64,000 nucleotides of DNA from Phoronis australis. Lineage: Eukaryota > Animalia > Phoronida. This document shows, one piece after another, positions 12,801 through 27,800 of the stretch (its first letter is position 1; each line of letters starts with the position of its first letter). The stretch lies in assembly GCA_002633005.1 (NCBI GenBank), contig NMRA01000042.1, forward strand, positions 308,838 through 372,837, written 5' to 3'. Position numbers and translations under genes: made by a program. The notes beneath the pieces are model-generated. The model saw only the letters and a program-made list of their open reading frames with translations. It did no database searches and was not told the origin of the DNA.

Positions 12801-15800
12801 TGATGACGTCTTAAACTGACGGAAGTGAGATAAAACAATTATTTTATGAAAAACTCAACCCGTGTGATTTCACAGTGTTGCAAATCTGAAAGCACATAAA
12901 ACGGCGATCTACCATTTTGGTGCCTAGTTCCGATTTTTGTCACGAGGGCCCGAACTTTAAGGAATTCACAGTGCAAGTGATTTTCGACGATCAACTTGAA
13001 CATGCGACTGAAAAAGCAAAATCAAATACTTGCTACATGCATAAAAAGCACTGTATTAGTTGTACTTGAAGTTATCGCAACACCATCATCATTGACAGAT
13101 TGAAATAGTTTGCACAACATTCTACAGTTTGTGCTGTCAAAACTTAGTGACACAAATTGACGCAACTTGTTCAGTAGCGACAAATTGCGTATCACTGGCG
13201 GTTTGCCGTCTAGTTAATTACCAGGTCATGTTGTTTCTCATTTCAGTGGCTATTTGCTTGTAGCGCCGTCTACCTTCAGATCTGGAGTTGATGAGATCGT
13301 GAGCATCACGATACTGAACCCCACTCGCCCGATACATGTCAGCGTGAAACTTGTCTCAGAACTTGGCGTTTTGGTATCAAGTGCTGGCCATGCTATTTTT
13401 GGTAAGCACTGAATCTGTTTGATGAACTCGAAGTATGTTGTAAATTAACTACAATACTAGATTGGAGAGTGCTATACTAATCCTTGGATCCTATGTACAG
13501 AGGAGGAGTAGACTAACTACAACAATAACGTTGAGCAAAAATGTATCATTGAGATAAAACAACGTCCCTGTGAATGTTGTTTAGTTGCAGCTATTCAGCT
13601 AGTGAACAATGAACGTAATAGTATGAAAAGAATAAAAGCTTGGACATGAACAACCTTAGGTTCATATATTTCTCCCATTTGAAATTTATGGAAAGCATCC
13701 GATACTAACTTTATTTGCATAACATTCAATTTTTCAATTGGACAGCAAGTTACACAAAATTTCCTTATATTTTTTCATAAATTATAGAAAATACGCTTTA
13801 TCTGGGAACTCTCATCTTGAACAGTACGCCAGTTGCAAGTACAGATATATTTAAAAATGTTCATAACAACAAAAGTAAATTTCATATGCAGCATAATGAT
13901 CATTTAAGTCTTCCTTAAACTGTAACACATGAGAATTTAGTGTCTACGAAATGTTTTAACTTGTAGAAAACATTGCGCTGGCCACTCTGAAATCATAAAC
14001 TGTGAACGTAATAAACGGTTAGGCTTATTGCCCGACTTTCGTCTACGTCATCAGGATCCTCATTTAATTCAAACAGCAACGAACAACACACTTAAACATT
14101 GGTGTCTATTTAGTCTACTCGGGTAGGCTACCCGTCAGAGATAGATACAACTACCACTGGCACCAGTGAATGTTCAAAACAACTGTTATCGGCCGTTTTT
14201 TGTTTGCTGCTTTCTCGCGGTGACGCAACACGGCGCTAAAAGGCTACTTCACTTATCTTTTGACGTGCGTGCCTGTTTTCTTGTATTGCTAAAGCAATAA
14301 TGGGATTTCTGGATAGTACAATACAACCATAATAAGAAAAATCCTTTCGAGGAAGGTTTTAATCTCAGTCTTCGTGTTCCAATTGAATGGTCACTATCTA
14401 TAAGCAAGGATTTTGTCGTGCTAGCTTGATGTTATTTTGAGATAGTGGCGTTGCCGAACAAGAGCCCAGTCAATTGCCAAATTTTCGTAACCGTCCGATT
14501 TTGTCCAAACATGCAGATGAGGGTTTGCACAATCATGCATATTCATGAATCTCTGCGAATCTTTCTGCTCCAGTGTCTAAAGGTAACGTACCATCCACTC
14601 GCAGAAGACTAGAAAAAAGTAACACCCTTAGGATCATTGATATAGAACACATTGGTCTTTGTCTCCACCACACACCACACATTTTTGCCATTTTCAAGTG
14701 CATTTGATAAGATACGCTCTCTCAACGAACCCTTCAAGTCTTTGTTGTTCACGGAATATCTCGCGCCCGTAACAATTACAACAATATTGGTAACTGGTCT
14801 GGGATAACATCAGTTCGTGAAATTACCACAAGTTACAGTGATTACACTTATCTCTAGTTATCGCCAGATTTCGTTTGCAGTAAACTGGACTTTGTGTTCA
14901 TTTCAAAAAGCATGCCGAAAATCAAAGGAACCATAGTTGTTAGCACATCGCAAGAACCCGAAAAAAGTATCCACGTCGAGATTCCTCTATAAACAGGTGT
15001 TCTTTTATATTTTGACACGCAGCGGCAATTACAAATACGTAAACAGTGGTAAACTAAGGTCCGGTATTGACATTCCTTGGTATGCTTGTTGAGAAATATC
15101 AACGGCCGTTAAGCACACTGATATGGTACTTTTCGAATTCATATGACTCTAATGACTTCCACGTGCACTAAAGTGACTGCTTTTGCTGCGATGGACGAAA
15201 TGAGTCTGCACGTGTTGGGTTCATCAGGAATTGCCATCATTTCCGATTATCTAAACCCCAACTACCCACGTGCCAGCGTTGTTGAGCCACCTGCAACAGC
15301 TGTAAAGGTTCCCACTCCGCAGGGACTGCCTTGATAACTGGACGAAAACAATGGTAATCTTTGTCTTTTCAGGCCATCCTGTTTCTGTGGCTTTCGCGAG
15401 AGACAAATACAAACCCGTGCGAAAACTTTAAAACAATATTTTACTTGTGACTTATATGTTGCGATGATTTCTTACGCAGGTTTTGGTTTTGTTTTAACTG
15501 ATAACACTACAGTAAGAATAATAAGATTAATAATGATAATAATTCAGACTATAAACGACAGCGAAATTAAAATTAGAGTTATTTATTTATATTAAATACG
15601 TTTTAGCGCGTGACTGATATTCCTAAAGGAAAAATATCGGTTTAACGGCCGAAAAAACGGATTTTTGTGATTATTGTTGAATGGGATAGCTGACTATGAA
15701 ACGAGAATATCGCCGATTCTCGCCGTTGTCCTCCTGACGTTCGTAATCAAGGCCGGAACGGTGTTATGCTCTGTTAGAGCGTAAAGTTGGCTCAACGGCA

Positions 15801-18800
15801 GAACGTTCTTCTGCTTTTGAGGTCCTAGTGCGTTCGATTTCCCGCTACTGTTAACTTCTGTAAAATTACCTTTCTTGTCGGCCGTTCATCTTGTTTTTAC
15901 GTAATTTCAAGGAACAGCACCAGGGAAGTGAATTGAGGGAAAAAATGATGATTTTTAAATCATAAAGATATCAAAAAGAAATTGTTGTGGTTATCCTAGT
16001 AGCCATGGAGATAATTAGATTTTGAACGTGTCTGTAAGGAGATGACTTTGTTTGGAAATATCAGTTGACACATTTTCGAGGCAATTACCGAATTTTTGGA
16101 TTCCTAACCACATTGTTTTCACTATTTAAAGGGTTTGTTTGCATTTTCTCAAGAAGCAAAGACAGACTGTGAATTGATTTCACCCAAACTGTTTATACTG
16201 TGGTTCAGCGTGGACTATTTTCAATCCCATTTCCACCCACCTCGTTAAACCAGAGATCCATGCTATAGAATATCTCTGGTAAAATGGGATATATTTTCGA
16301 CACACATCGTTGTTCACGCAAATTCTGTAGGAACTTTAATTATTTTACCAGTGTTATGAATACATGCAATATACTAATAATAACAATAACACGATGATGA
16401 CGATGATGACAACGGTCACCAAGGACTAGACTTACACTGCTTCCATAAGCGCTACGTAGGCTGAATATCTGTTCCTTCTCTCCTTTATCTGGCAATCGCG
16501 AGTTGCTTGGGTTTCGGAATGGAGGGAGTGATCTGTATTTCTCTAGTTTAACCATATAAAGCGACCGAATAGGGGTGGGGGACGGGCCCGTGGATCACCT
16601 TTGGATACACAGCTGGCACCTAACACCCCTATCCTGTTAATCCTACTCATGTTCACTTTCTACACCAAGTGGAGCTTCAGTCAGCGGCGAGTTCAAGCTG
16701 TCAAATCTTGGCAAGCACTCAACTATTCTATCAGATTGTGAGTTGGTCGGACTGAACATAACGAAGGACAGTTGTAGACACAGAATCCCTGATTTTTAAT
16801 TTATTACTTGAGGCTATACCAAAACCGCACAGTACTTATTTTGTATTCACCATTTGTGAACTTGCTTCCACATTTAGATATTTTTTTTTTAATATCCCCA
16901 TGAAAGTGTGCCTGCAATATTGGATTTCGAGCCCGTCTCTAATATGTAATAGAATAGTTTACTTAGCGAGAATAAGATGTCAGTTCTGATGGATGGTTTC
17001 AATTTTTCAGGAAAAGGTTCATTAAAGTTACAGGTAACTCAGTCTTTTTGTATTTGTTTCCGTGCTTTTCAAAAACATTGAAAATTAAGATTAAAGAATA
17101 CATGTACCATTGTTTGACAATTGAACTGAGGCCATAGCACTGATCATTAGTGACAAAGGCGTTCCGTTAATTTTCCCTGTGTGAACGCGTGGTATGAATG
17201 AATGGATGGAATGGATGAATGTGTGGTGTGGATGAAGGTAATAAAGTACTCTAAGTAATAATGTGAACACAGTTTGCTGAACTTCGTGTTGCTGATCAAA
17301 AATGGAACTTTTCTCTCCAAAACACACACGTAAACGTGTTTCTACATATTTCAGGTCCCGTCCAACATTAAGGGCCGGGCAATACTAAAGGTATGCGGTA
17401 ACTGTATAACGTCCCAGCCCGGCACGTTCTCGTTCAGTAATTCGACTGTGGTGACCATACGTGAGCGGGGATCTACGGCGTTTATTCAGCTGGACAAACC
17501 AGTGTATAAGCCAGGACAAACAGGCAGGTTCAATGGCTATAAACACGCCTTTAGCCGTCAAAAATTAAGTGTTGATTTCGACCACTCAATTCGTTGCTTG
17601 CTCAGCTTAGAAATGATGTCTGTGTTAAAAGGATACTAAACCCTGTTTTGATAATTTCAACCAATCCTCGTTCTGTCACCTGCTAATGCGTCATTGGCGT
17701 AAATCTTGCAAGTTAAAGGCAGGAATCAACTAAAAACTCATCCTCCCTACCTCACAAATTGGATATTACGGTCCTTGGTGGATGGTCTTCCTCACAGCTT
17801 TTTAATGCGTTTTTCATTTGTTTGTTTTGGATAGGATCCAAATCGGCAATGTAGCTTCGGCAGCATCAAAAACGAATATGTCATAAATCATCGTCCTTCA
17901 CGAGAGCTACGTAATGTTTAAAGCAGTAGTAGCTGATAAAACAATCGCCTTTCTTGAACTGCTAAATCCTCAACAGTTGGCTATTCGTTACATTAAAACA
18001 CTGTACCCATTTTTCTGTTATGACAGACAAGAAGTATGTTGTATTATTTAGCAACATTGGTTTACGTAAGCACACGTAGTCTAACTGCATGATTTAATGT
18101 TATTTAGTTCCTAGACTTTGACGAAATTACCGAATGGTGACAGCTCTTTACTTGCTCTCTATCGAAAAGTGAACTTAACTACACAAATAATAAAAGTAGT
18201 TACGTATTTTACAAACTGATAAGTGATTGCCTGTGAATTTTCTAGTGCAACTTAATATCATCACGACGAAACCAGACCTTAAACCTGCCTCGGAAGATGT
18301 ATTTGCTTATGTTGTGGTAAGTCTACATATTTTTCATTGTCTTCATCGTTCAAAAATTCGTTCTTATACACAAAAACATAAAACTGGTGTAAAAATCGAA
18401 AGAAATTATTGAGTTTTTGCAACCTAAGATCATATCAACCATAACACTAAATGCCAGAAGAATAAAACTAATCTCGAGAGTCTTAATTTGTCAAAGAACG
18501 AAAGTGATTTCTTTATTTTTCTATATTACAATGTATTCGTGCATGAATAAAGAATAGCACACAATTTGATAAGCATAAACCTACTATTTAGCGTTTTCTT
18601 TTTTTTCTTTTTAACCTGTAGGACCCGCAAGGTTCAAGGGTGTTTGAATGGAGCTCGTTGCCACAACTGTGCTGTGGTAGGTAACTAAAATTGGATCATT
18701 TATATGAAAATGTTGTCTAACCAAAAAACGCCCATTTTAACATTCCGACAGCCAACAACTCACTGGGGGCCGGGGTGTAATCTTTGGACGCGAAATCGAA

Positions 18801-21800
18801 CTCGACATTATTTTTTTTGCTAAATTCCGTTCTACTTTAGACCTAATACGAATTCAAGATAAGGATATTTCTTTAGTCTACGCTCGAGTATCTTATAGAT
18901 TTCGCAGATGAATGTCTAGTACAAGTTAGTACTTGATGACCCTTAGATTTCGAATAAAAGCTCGTAACTTGAAGTTCGTACCCGAACACATAGCTTTAGT
19001 GATGCGGTCATCAAGTGCAAAAAAGGTTTAGACATTTACCCACGTAAACCGTCTACGCTCGAACACAGAATAATAGGCCTACTACAGGTGAACAGAAAAT
19101 GACTTGTCCAAAACAAATTTGAGTTCGATTCATCGAGTAAAGAGATTAGACCCTGGTCCTTGTATTATATAGTAGAGTGCAAAGGTAGTGGCCGTGAAAC
19201 GTGAAATGGTTGTTGACAGGAAGTTTTCAATAGGCGTTGTTGTTTACGTTATCAGCCTACGATATAATTCATCAACTGCTGCAGAAGCTTCTAAGAGCAC
19301 ATCGAACGAATGCGGCGCATCCACGAAACGGAGAATACCTTTTACACAGCATGTTTTTCTGTCATTATAAATAACAGTTCTGCTAACCTGTAGCCTCCTT
19401 TCTATCTGTGGAAACGGATTGTTTTCGGGACACATGACGAACATAACACATTATCTGTGATTGTAGGTGTTGTTAATGCAAGCTTTCCACTGTCCGATGA
19501 ACCTTTATTAGGAACGTGGACTGTTTTCGTTAAAGTACAAGGTCATCTGTACAACAAGACATTCAGTGTTCTTAAGTACGGTAAGTCAAATGAAAGGACG
19601 ACCATGCGTACATATTACTGTACATTCATTGTTCTTAAGTACGGTAAGTCAAATGAAAGGACGACCATGCGTACATATTACTGTACATTCAGTGTTCTTA
19701 AGTACGGTAAGTCAAACGAAAGGACGACGATGCGCACATGTTACTGTACTTTATGGTAAGTCCTTTAATTTCGGATATTGAAAAATAAATAATAGTTAAA
19801 AATCTGATGTAAGGCCCGTGATTTAAAAAAAATGAGAAAAATTATTAACTACAAACAAAACAAGGACTTTCGAGTTCATTTTTGAATCGTAACAAGACAC
19901 CTTGTCGAGCAATGGTCTTTCAATTTGACAAAATTTTAAAATTTAATTAGTGAATTTCTGCAGGTTAATCGTAGTCTAGTTGAATCCAGTTGATTTAGCT
20001 GTAAACCATGATTTAAATCGCTTTAACTGTTCATTGGAGAAATTAGCTTTCGTTTTATTTTTTTCAGTCAAACCGAAGTTTGAGGTGCTTCTGTCTCCGC
20101 TGTCTTTTATAAAAGACTGGGACATTTGTGAAGCCGTTAAAGTACGTGCGAGATACCTGTTTGGACAAGGAGTCAGTGGCAATCTCACCGTGACAGTTTA
20201 CGTAGGAGGTATAGGCTATTACAGAGATTACAGAAGTCGCACAGTGTCAACCATCAAAGAGGTAACGTCACAAGACAGACCTGTAATCTGTCGCCTGATT
20301 TCTGTTTATTGCGCAATGAGAAACATCTCCTCACTTCCGGTTGCGCCATTTTGAAATGGTTGCAAAACTGACATTTTTGAATATATCAGATACAAAAGAG
20401 GCTATTTCGTCCCACTGGTGTTTTGGCAAATTTTGTAATATGCATGTAATTTCAGATAGAAACGAAAAAAAAAAACAACTTATAGTTTTGCTAACTCAGT
20501 GATATGAATTTTAGTGAAAGAATACGTGACACTCCCTTTGAGAATGGACGTTTTTGTTTCTTATTTAGATTGAAAACGGCTTAGCAGTTTTCAACGTTTG
20601 TGTAAGCGACTTGATGGTGTCTCCAATAAACGACCACTTTCGAGGACTGCTGTTCATAAATGCTACTGTAACGGCCCCTGACGGCAGCTCTCACAACGTG
20701 ATTGACAATTCGTGTTCAGTTAACAGACATCCCGTTGATGTACACTTCTCTCGTGATTCAAGGCAGCATTTTAAGCCAGGAGTTCCGTATTCCGGAAAGG
20801 TACGCGTAACAGTGACTAATGTAGTAGAAGATTCGACATTCGATAGACTGTTCTAAGGACGAAAATACTCTTTCCTAAATAGTGTGAGATCAATAGGCTT
20901 AGTGTTCACGTGCGTGTAGCTACTTGAATATATGTACTTATGCAGAATAACAGTTGTTTCACTATCGCTTCTAAATCTCGAGCTCAAGAAATCTCCTTGA
21001 ACATTCTCTCTATTAACGTCATGGCAGAGTTATTTCCGTTCCGTCATGGCTCTTTGTAAACGCACCGTTCTATAAATGATAATATAAAACGCATTTTATG
21101 TGTACTGCAGTAAGGATGCCATCTTGTCGGTTTTACTCGAATTAATACGTTTGAAACTATTCCTAGGTCTTGGTCACTTATCCAGATGGTTCCTTGGCGA
21201 GCAATGTTACAATACAAATAATATCTGATGTCAACGGTGAAAAAACGACAAGTGAATTCTCATCGCCAACAGGAGAAGTTCCTTTTGAAGTGCCTGCGTT
21301 GCCAATAAAAACTCGAACTATGTGGATTGAGGTAAAGATTACGACATTTTGACGCAAAATTTGGTCTTTAATTGCGTTTTTGGAAGGTAATCTTATTGTC
21401 GCCGTTGGAAAAGGATTCTGTTAACGGTGTACTGCCGTCCGACTGTTTCACCTTCTACTGACCTTGTTAACATTTAGAGGCCCTTCAGTTCAAATAAAGT
21501 AAATTGAACATTGTATAGTTAACTGAATACTGATTAATGTCCCATTTATTATTCAAAATTCTAATTAACCAACTCTCGTTTTTCTGCACAGGTCAAAGTT
21601 ATTCAAATAGATGACACGTATATCAGTGATCGATTGCTATCGGCGCGCATGTCCGTCACCAATTGGTATTCACCAAGCAAATGTCACATTTTACTTGAAA
21701 ATAAGAGCAACAACCTAAAGGTAAGCGACAATGTTTTAAATATCTCAATTTTACTGTTGTTGTGTTTTACAGAATCATAATTTCTATTTTTTTGGATATT

Positions 21801-24800
21801 TACTACCTAACCCAACACCAAGGTGTATACGCGAAGCTTTACCGTCCTTATGATCGTAAAAGCGCTTTCTAGCACAAAAAGTTAGTAATACAGGAAATAT
21901 CTCACTGATGCTAAATATTCTTACTCAACATCATTTATTTTTACATTTATGTATTTTAAGCCCGGGGATTATGCCAAAATTAAGGTACAGTCGACATGCC
22001 CTTGTGATTTCACGTTTTATCACGAGGTAGTATCAAGAGGAAATATTGCCCATTCGGGTGTTCACTACGCCGGCATTCGCGGCTCGCGACTGAGGCGAGG
22101 AGTACAGTTTAAAACAAAAGGTACAGTAAAAGATTTGTTTGTTCATAGTATCAGAGAATCTTTGGAAATTTACCGGAAATGTTTCAGTTTTCTTTACTCT
22201 TTTGCGAGGGAAAAGTAACGTTGCACTGGACTCTGTACTTGTCATTTTGTTGCAGGTTGTTCTAATGCATTGTATTGTTAAGGACCGTCAAAGTTTAGTT
22301 AGCTTTGTTTTGTGAATCAAATTCCAATAATCAATAAAATTTTCAGATTTCAACGAGACTTCTGAAGAGCCGAAAACATGCGCCATGTTTTTTACTTTGC
22401 CGATTTCCCGCGAAATGGCTCCGTCAAGCAAATTGGTGGTTTATTACGTAAGGGAAAATGGAGAGGGTGTTGCAGATGCCGTCTCATTTGAAGTCAAGCA
22501 CAGTTACAGTGAACAGGTATAATCTCTACTTACTTATAAAAACTTTTTATGTCTTTTATACTTTATCAGTAAGGTTTGGTATTGTAATCATTGTGTTAAC
22601 TACGCGTCTCGCGTTTGTTTGACGTTTCGTCGAATGGTGTCTTGTTATGTTACTAGCTCGCTTAAGCTACGCCGTCAATTTTTCAGTTACATCTAGAGTT
22701 CTCTGGAAAGACATTTGCGCCGAAAAACAAAGTTAATCTCAAAATCAAAACGAAACCAGATACCTGCGTTTGTGTGGCATCAGTGGACAAGAGCATGCAT
22801 TTGGTAAAGCCAGGATTCACCCTAACACCTGAAAAGGTAATGCCACTTAACGGTTTCAATTTTTCTTTCAAGAAAAATGGCGTGGAAGTACAATTTAAAA
22901 ATTGACTTTCCATCCCATGACAATCTTGATATAAGTTAATGGAGGAATTTGTCAATACCAACCTTCTTGTTCTAGTGGTAAAACGTTTCAAAGTAATGAT
23001 ACTCGACTGTCTTCTTATGCTTGTTTGACTTGAAGTTGGTTACAATTTTAATTAAAATTACTTTGAATTTCCCTGACTGTCGACGTACTGCCGGGGAATA
23101 AAACTAACCTGCAGTGGCAGTCAGCTTAATTAGTCTAGTCTGAAGCAGTAACCATTTGTAAGTTCTTCTTAAACCTAGAAATATTTTTTAATTTAGCAAA
23201 GAACAATATGAAACCGATTTCATAAAAGTCAGCGTCCTAATTCGAAAGTAGTTTTTTGGCAGAAGGCATTGGATTATTGGCCCTTTAAAGCTGCTATAAA
23301 CTCACCTTTCATTACAAAAACAACTTTTGATATAGACCACTTACTGCCATGAAATTGATCTCAAATCGTTTCTTAGCCTGATTGGAGATGGTTTTGAAGC
23401 TTCCACAGGCTTCTAAATGTTTTCGTGCTGCGGCCTGTCATTGTATGCGCCGAGCATGGGCTGAAGTATTATCCAATTGTCCATTCTTTACAAACCCAGA
23501 GATCAGTTCTCACCAGCAAATTAAAACCAATCCAAATCAAAAGTTCGTTTTTTGCACGGAACACCAATTTATTGCCACTTTAACAAGATAATATCAAACA
23601 ATCTATCCAGGATTTCGTGGCTTCTACCTCTCTACAAGATAACGAATTTTCAATTTCAATTTTGAACTTTATTTCGTGTATGCATAGAGCACTCATGTGT
23701 TCTTTGCATTTAAGTCGGCGGTGGATGAAGCGTGTTCTTCTGTTGCAGATTTTGTCGCAGTTAAGAGAATTCGACGAACCCGATGATACTGCGGACAATT
23801 TAAGATACCACACTGGCTTCCTGTTTGATCCTACAAAAGAATTTACTACTTCGAAAGATGCATTGTTTGCTTTTCAGGTAAAAGAATCTGGTGTTACTTA
23901 TTTACTAACTTACTAACTTACTTACTAACTTATACTTACTTTCTTACTAATGTACTTTCTAGTCTACTAACTTACTTCGCTACTTCCTTAGTTCCGCATT
24001 CTTAGTGTGGTGGCAAAAATTCTCGAAGCGATGAATGTTTGCATGTTAACTTGTTGGTTCTCGTATCGTAGCCTAACATTTCTACATATTCTTCAGAACT
24101 CTGGCCTTCTTGTACTAACAGACCGCGTTTCGCTGAATCACAGACAAGATGTTGACCTTTTGAACGGACCCATTTCTCACAGATCTGAATCAGGTAAGAA
24201 CGCAATCAATAACAAAATATGCTTGCAAACACTTGACTGGATGAATTCACACTCCAATAAAAATATCATAGCACATGAAAACTGTTTTACTCGGTTTTTG
24301 GATCGCTTCTCTCTGCATCAACTGCCTCGTGATGGTATTTGAAAACTGAAACGCACAGGACCACTTTCAAAAGGAGAATCCAGCTTGTCAGAATCTAGGC
24401 TGGAAGCTTCATTCACAAAGTGCGCATGTCCATTTTATTGCTGTCAACCCTCCTGCTGCAAAGCGTTGTGTCATTCTGAAACCCCAAAATCCTTGTTGCA
24501 GATTTCGATTCCTACGCGGCTTTCACTGCTGCTCAACGAGACGTTGAAAGGATTCGGAAGAGAAAGAGAACATTCTTCCCGGACACATGGATATGGCAAT
24601 GCTTCAATGTTAGGTACGCTATTTTTATCCTCTGTTAGTGCAGTGAGAAAAGTCGACACGTACAACTGCCTGAAGATGAGCTGAGAGGTGTACCAAACGA
24701 ATATTGTCTACTCGTGAACACTCTGCAAACATGCTGCATAGTAATTCACAGTATTCTGGGCAGATTTGGAGAAGAGACTTCGCTTCCGATGAACTATTGG

Positions 24801-27800
24801 ATTTCTCTATTATAGCCTAGAGTTACGGAGAAAGATCAGATTGTTTACTTCAGATGGTTTTGAATCTCCTGTTTTCGATGTTTCTGTTTAAATTGTAGCT
24901 CCTTCAAAAAGTACCACACCGTTCAGACACATCTGCCCGACAGCCTGACTACGTGGGTGACAAACGCGTTCAGCATTTCTCGCAAACATGGATTAGCCCT
25001 TGCTAAACCTGTCAAAATCGAAGTCACTAAAAACTTCTTCGTGGACATACAGCTTCCTTACTCGGCGAAGCGAGGAGAAGTGCTGCGTGTTCCGTTCACA
25101 GTTTACAGCTACACGGATGTCTGTTCTGAGGTTGGTATTAAAATCATGGATTCAGTCTTCGATCCTTTTACTAATACTTGTGGGAGGTTTTCCAGTTGTC
25201 ATATCAATGGGTGTTAATGACATATCTCAATGAATTTCACTATTTACCTGGCTCTAGATAAATTGGCTATTTCGCGCAGTCTAATTTCGTAACCAACTTA
25301 ATTATGGAAATCCACTCCAAATATGGCAAAGACGAACAGCAATGTGGCGCCTTTCGTTCTGTAAATCTTTTCTCTGGAAGGCGCGCTCATAAGATTTCGT
25401 CTTTCTGCAAAAATGCCAATGACAATCCGTTGCAAAATTTGGAGTCACTCAATTGCATTAGAACACCGTTAGCGAAACTAAGTTTACTTATCTTTCTTGA
25501 AGTCCAACACAGCTCCTACGTCATAGGTCAAGCCGAATTCGAAATGAAATAGTGAAGTTAGCGGGGTGAATCTTCCCGCTGAAACAGTCAATGCAATCCA
25601 TTCGGTTCATGTTGTAATGCTAAGATAGGTACTCTAATTCGCCTAAAGAATCTAAGAAAAGGGTTCCACAACACAACCGGAACTTACAGTGGTATTCAAA
25701 GATGGCGCTGCGTGTGGCTTCAAGTCTGAAAATAACGGTTCGTCTTCATGTAAAGCTAAACAGGCACGGTGAGTGGGATCCCAAAGAAATGTCCTAGTCG
25801 ATGCTACCGTGAAGGGTATTGGGCGTCGTTTACCCAAGTATTTTGTCAGCGGCGAATCAACGCTTTTGCAGACTGGAGTTTTCTTGACGTTGGCGGTGTC
25901 GTTTTGTATTTAGTCGTGCCCCTTGAGGAGAGGTTAAGTCAGCAGATCCGCCACTGATAGCCCTACGTTTTCTGTTATGACCACGTGGTGTGGTTGCATG
26001 TTGTTAGACATGTGTGTGAATTTTTAGACTTTCATCGTTGTTTAGCAGAGCTTAATGCATACTTGTAAAACATACATTGGTTTACAGGTGTTAGTGAAAA
26101 TCAAAGCCAGTGATGGCAACAAATTTATCACCGGCGGGAAGAGTAAATTCACCACTCGTTTCTGTGTTGGTCTAAGCGGAATTGTCACCGATTTTGCACC
26201 GCTCAGGATATCAAGTATTGGATCCCTTAATTTGTCAGGTAATTTGGACGTAGTTACATTTTGATATTGACAGACAATTGGACGTATCTACATTGTTGAT
26301 ATCAAGATAAGTAAAAGGAATACTGACTGAGAGCTTCTTCGGCGGGTCACAAATGTCCAAGTTCAAACTAAGATGAAGCAAGAACGGAGCGACTCTTTAA
26401 GCCAATAATAACTCCTTTGAGGTCCATTCCGCCCACAACCATAGAACTCGATTTTTCACTCCTGGCAAAACAATAGACACTTGCTGTTGTGTGATACATT
26501 GTGTTCCAGGATGATAGGTATATTTACGAAGCAGCGGTCATGCACATCCCTTCTATGACGAGTAGCACGTCCAGTTTGAGCACATCTTATAAGCAGGAGT
26601 TATCAAGATTCCATAAACGCTTTTGCTATTGACGGGAGTCGAGAAAATTATCCTTAATCATAGTCTTTCGATAGGCCTCTTACAAAGATCCCAGAATTTT
26701 TTTCTCATATCACACCTGCCTTATTTTCGAGAAATAGCCGTATGTAGTAAGCCTTTCAAAGTCTAAAGGATGTTATTAGAACTTTTGGAAAACAGTCGCC
26801 AGGTTTCTTTTTATAATTATTTGTTTGGACCCTGTATTCCTGATCTAATGCCTATGATCAAGTCCTATTTCGAATTATGTCTATGCTAACTACAATTTAA
26901 ATTCATATTTGTTACCCAACTTCCTCGCCTTCATACGCTTGCATCATCAATTTCAGCACAGGCGCAGGCTTTCGCAGATAAGGGATGTTGCAGCGGGTTG
27001 GCGAAATATCCTGACAGAATTCGACGAATGATTGGTCATGATCACGTGGTCAAGAAGTTTATCTCCGAGCCCGAAGGGATTCCTGAACACTATACACACA
27101 GTATTTTCTTCTGTCCAAATGGTAAATACTCACAAGCGAATCCCTGTCGAACGTTTCACTTTTAACTCGGAATTACCTTAGTTTGGCTTTGATTACTCGG
27201 GTCAAATCAAGTCTTTGTAGTTGATGCGAACAGACAGATGTTTGATACAAAAAAATGATATAAGAAGTGGTCACTGGTAACCCGATAAGAATAATTATAC
27301 GTAGTAACTCAAGTCAAGAACTTATGTGCAGTAATTTTTTGTTTTTAGAACGTGTTGACATAACTACGCCAGCTAAGAACGAATTTCAGTTTCTGAAGAA
27401 ACCAGAGCGATTATCGGAAGTCACTGTTGACGTGCGAACAAAGGAAACATTTCAAATCGTTCTATCCTCGGAACCCGAAATGAACGGTGACCTACTGAAA
27501 ATTGTTGTCGGGGGCAGGGGTAACCTGTTATCTTGGATATCGAAAGGAGTTTCAGGCAAGTAGAATTATACACTACTTTTTCAGGTAATGTTACGAAAAC
27601 TTCAGTTTTTCAACTATTGTTAGGTTTTGTTCACGAATGCAAATTAATTGGATTTAATTCTCGTAATGTTCATATTAATTATGTCAAAAGTCCACCCTTT
27701 TCTTATAAATACAGCTTATTTTTACGACGTAATCACAAAGACACTTATGTACTCATTTTTTTCAATTATCCTTTTGTGTTACAGACAAAAAGATGGTTGT

